NCBI GenBank assembly: GCA_964407865.1
Contig: CAYOXC010000002.1
Span: forward strand, 38,978 to 102,977
Direction: 5' to 3'
DNA length: 64,000 nucleotides
From: an uncultured Gammaproteobacteria bacterium
Lineage (GTDB): Bacteria > Patescibacteriota > Patescibacteriia > Magasanikbacterales > GWA2-37-8
Shown one piece after another: positions 63,967 through 64,000 of this stretch. Numbering within the stretch: position 1 is the first letter of the stretch; each line of letters starts with the position of its first letter. Below the pieces are notes generated by a model. The model saw only the letters and a program-made list of their open reading frames with translations. It was not told where the DNA came from and did no database searches. Both the position numbers and the translations under genes were made by a program.

Positions 63967-64000
63967 GATGTTTTCCGGTTTATAATATTTACTGCGGTCA

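Overview
This is a low-GC, gene-dense bacterial chromosome segment. Its gene content (a giant lamin-tail-domain surface protein, many small membrane proteins, frequent lack of Shine-Dalgarno sequences) suggests a Candidate Phyla Radiation / Patescibacteria-type genome, but that is inference only. Housekeeping genes are clear: recA, a RodZ-like protein, ftsK, rpoB-rpoC, yebC, ruvC, ruvA, ileS, gatB, class II ribonucleotide reductase (nrdJ) with a PduO-type cobalamin adenosyltransferase, trxB, rpe, rpiB, tmk and a thyX-like gene. There are five tRNA genes: Pro-UGG, Phe-GAA, Ala-UGC, Ser-UGA and Ser-CGA. Three things stand out. (1) Three tRNA genes are followed by tandem or flanked duplications of their own 3' ends, separated by short GC-rich elements. 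At tRNA-Pro there are 2 x 166 bp, at tRNA-Ser 2 x 165 bp, and at tRNA-Ala a single copy. The same 92-bp core occurs at the Pro and Ala loci. This looks like miniature integrative elements or att-site relics, and it sits next to a GC-rich island. (2) An accessory region of about 7 kb (35.1-42.1 kb) has mixed-GC gene units in mixed orientation. These include a Cys-rich GC-rich orphan, a Nudix-methyltransferase-2H phosphoesterase operon, a membrane protein bracketed by perfect 14-bp inverted repeats, an IMPase and a HIT protein. Almost every unit boundary carries a member of one family of imperfect palindromic elements, consensus ATTTCAnnTAACGtttnGGnATATnnGAAGTT paired with CGARCCGTATATyCnnTGTTATnCG. 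The array ends at a divergently transcribed tyrosine recombinase (42210-43052). I interpret this as a candidate integron-like or other recombinase-associated cassette array; the recombinase is too short to be a classical IntI. (3) There are several candidate non-coding RNAs and leaders. These are a promoter- and terminator-bounded GC-rich RNA of about 320 nt (59.0-59.4 kb, possibly SRP RNA), a possible T-box-like leader upstream of ileS, a terminator-containing leader or sRNA upstream of ftsK, and an unidentified GC-rich block at 240-520. No CRISPR array or rRNA was seen.
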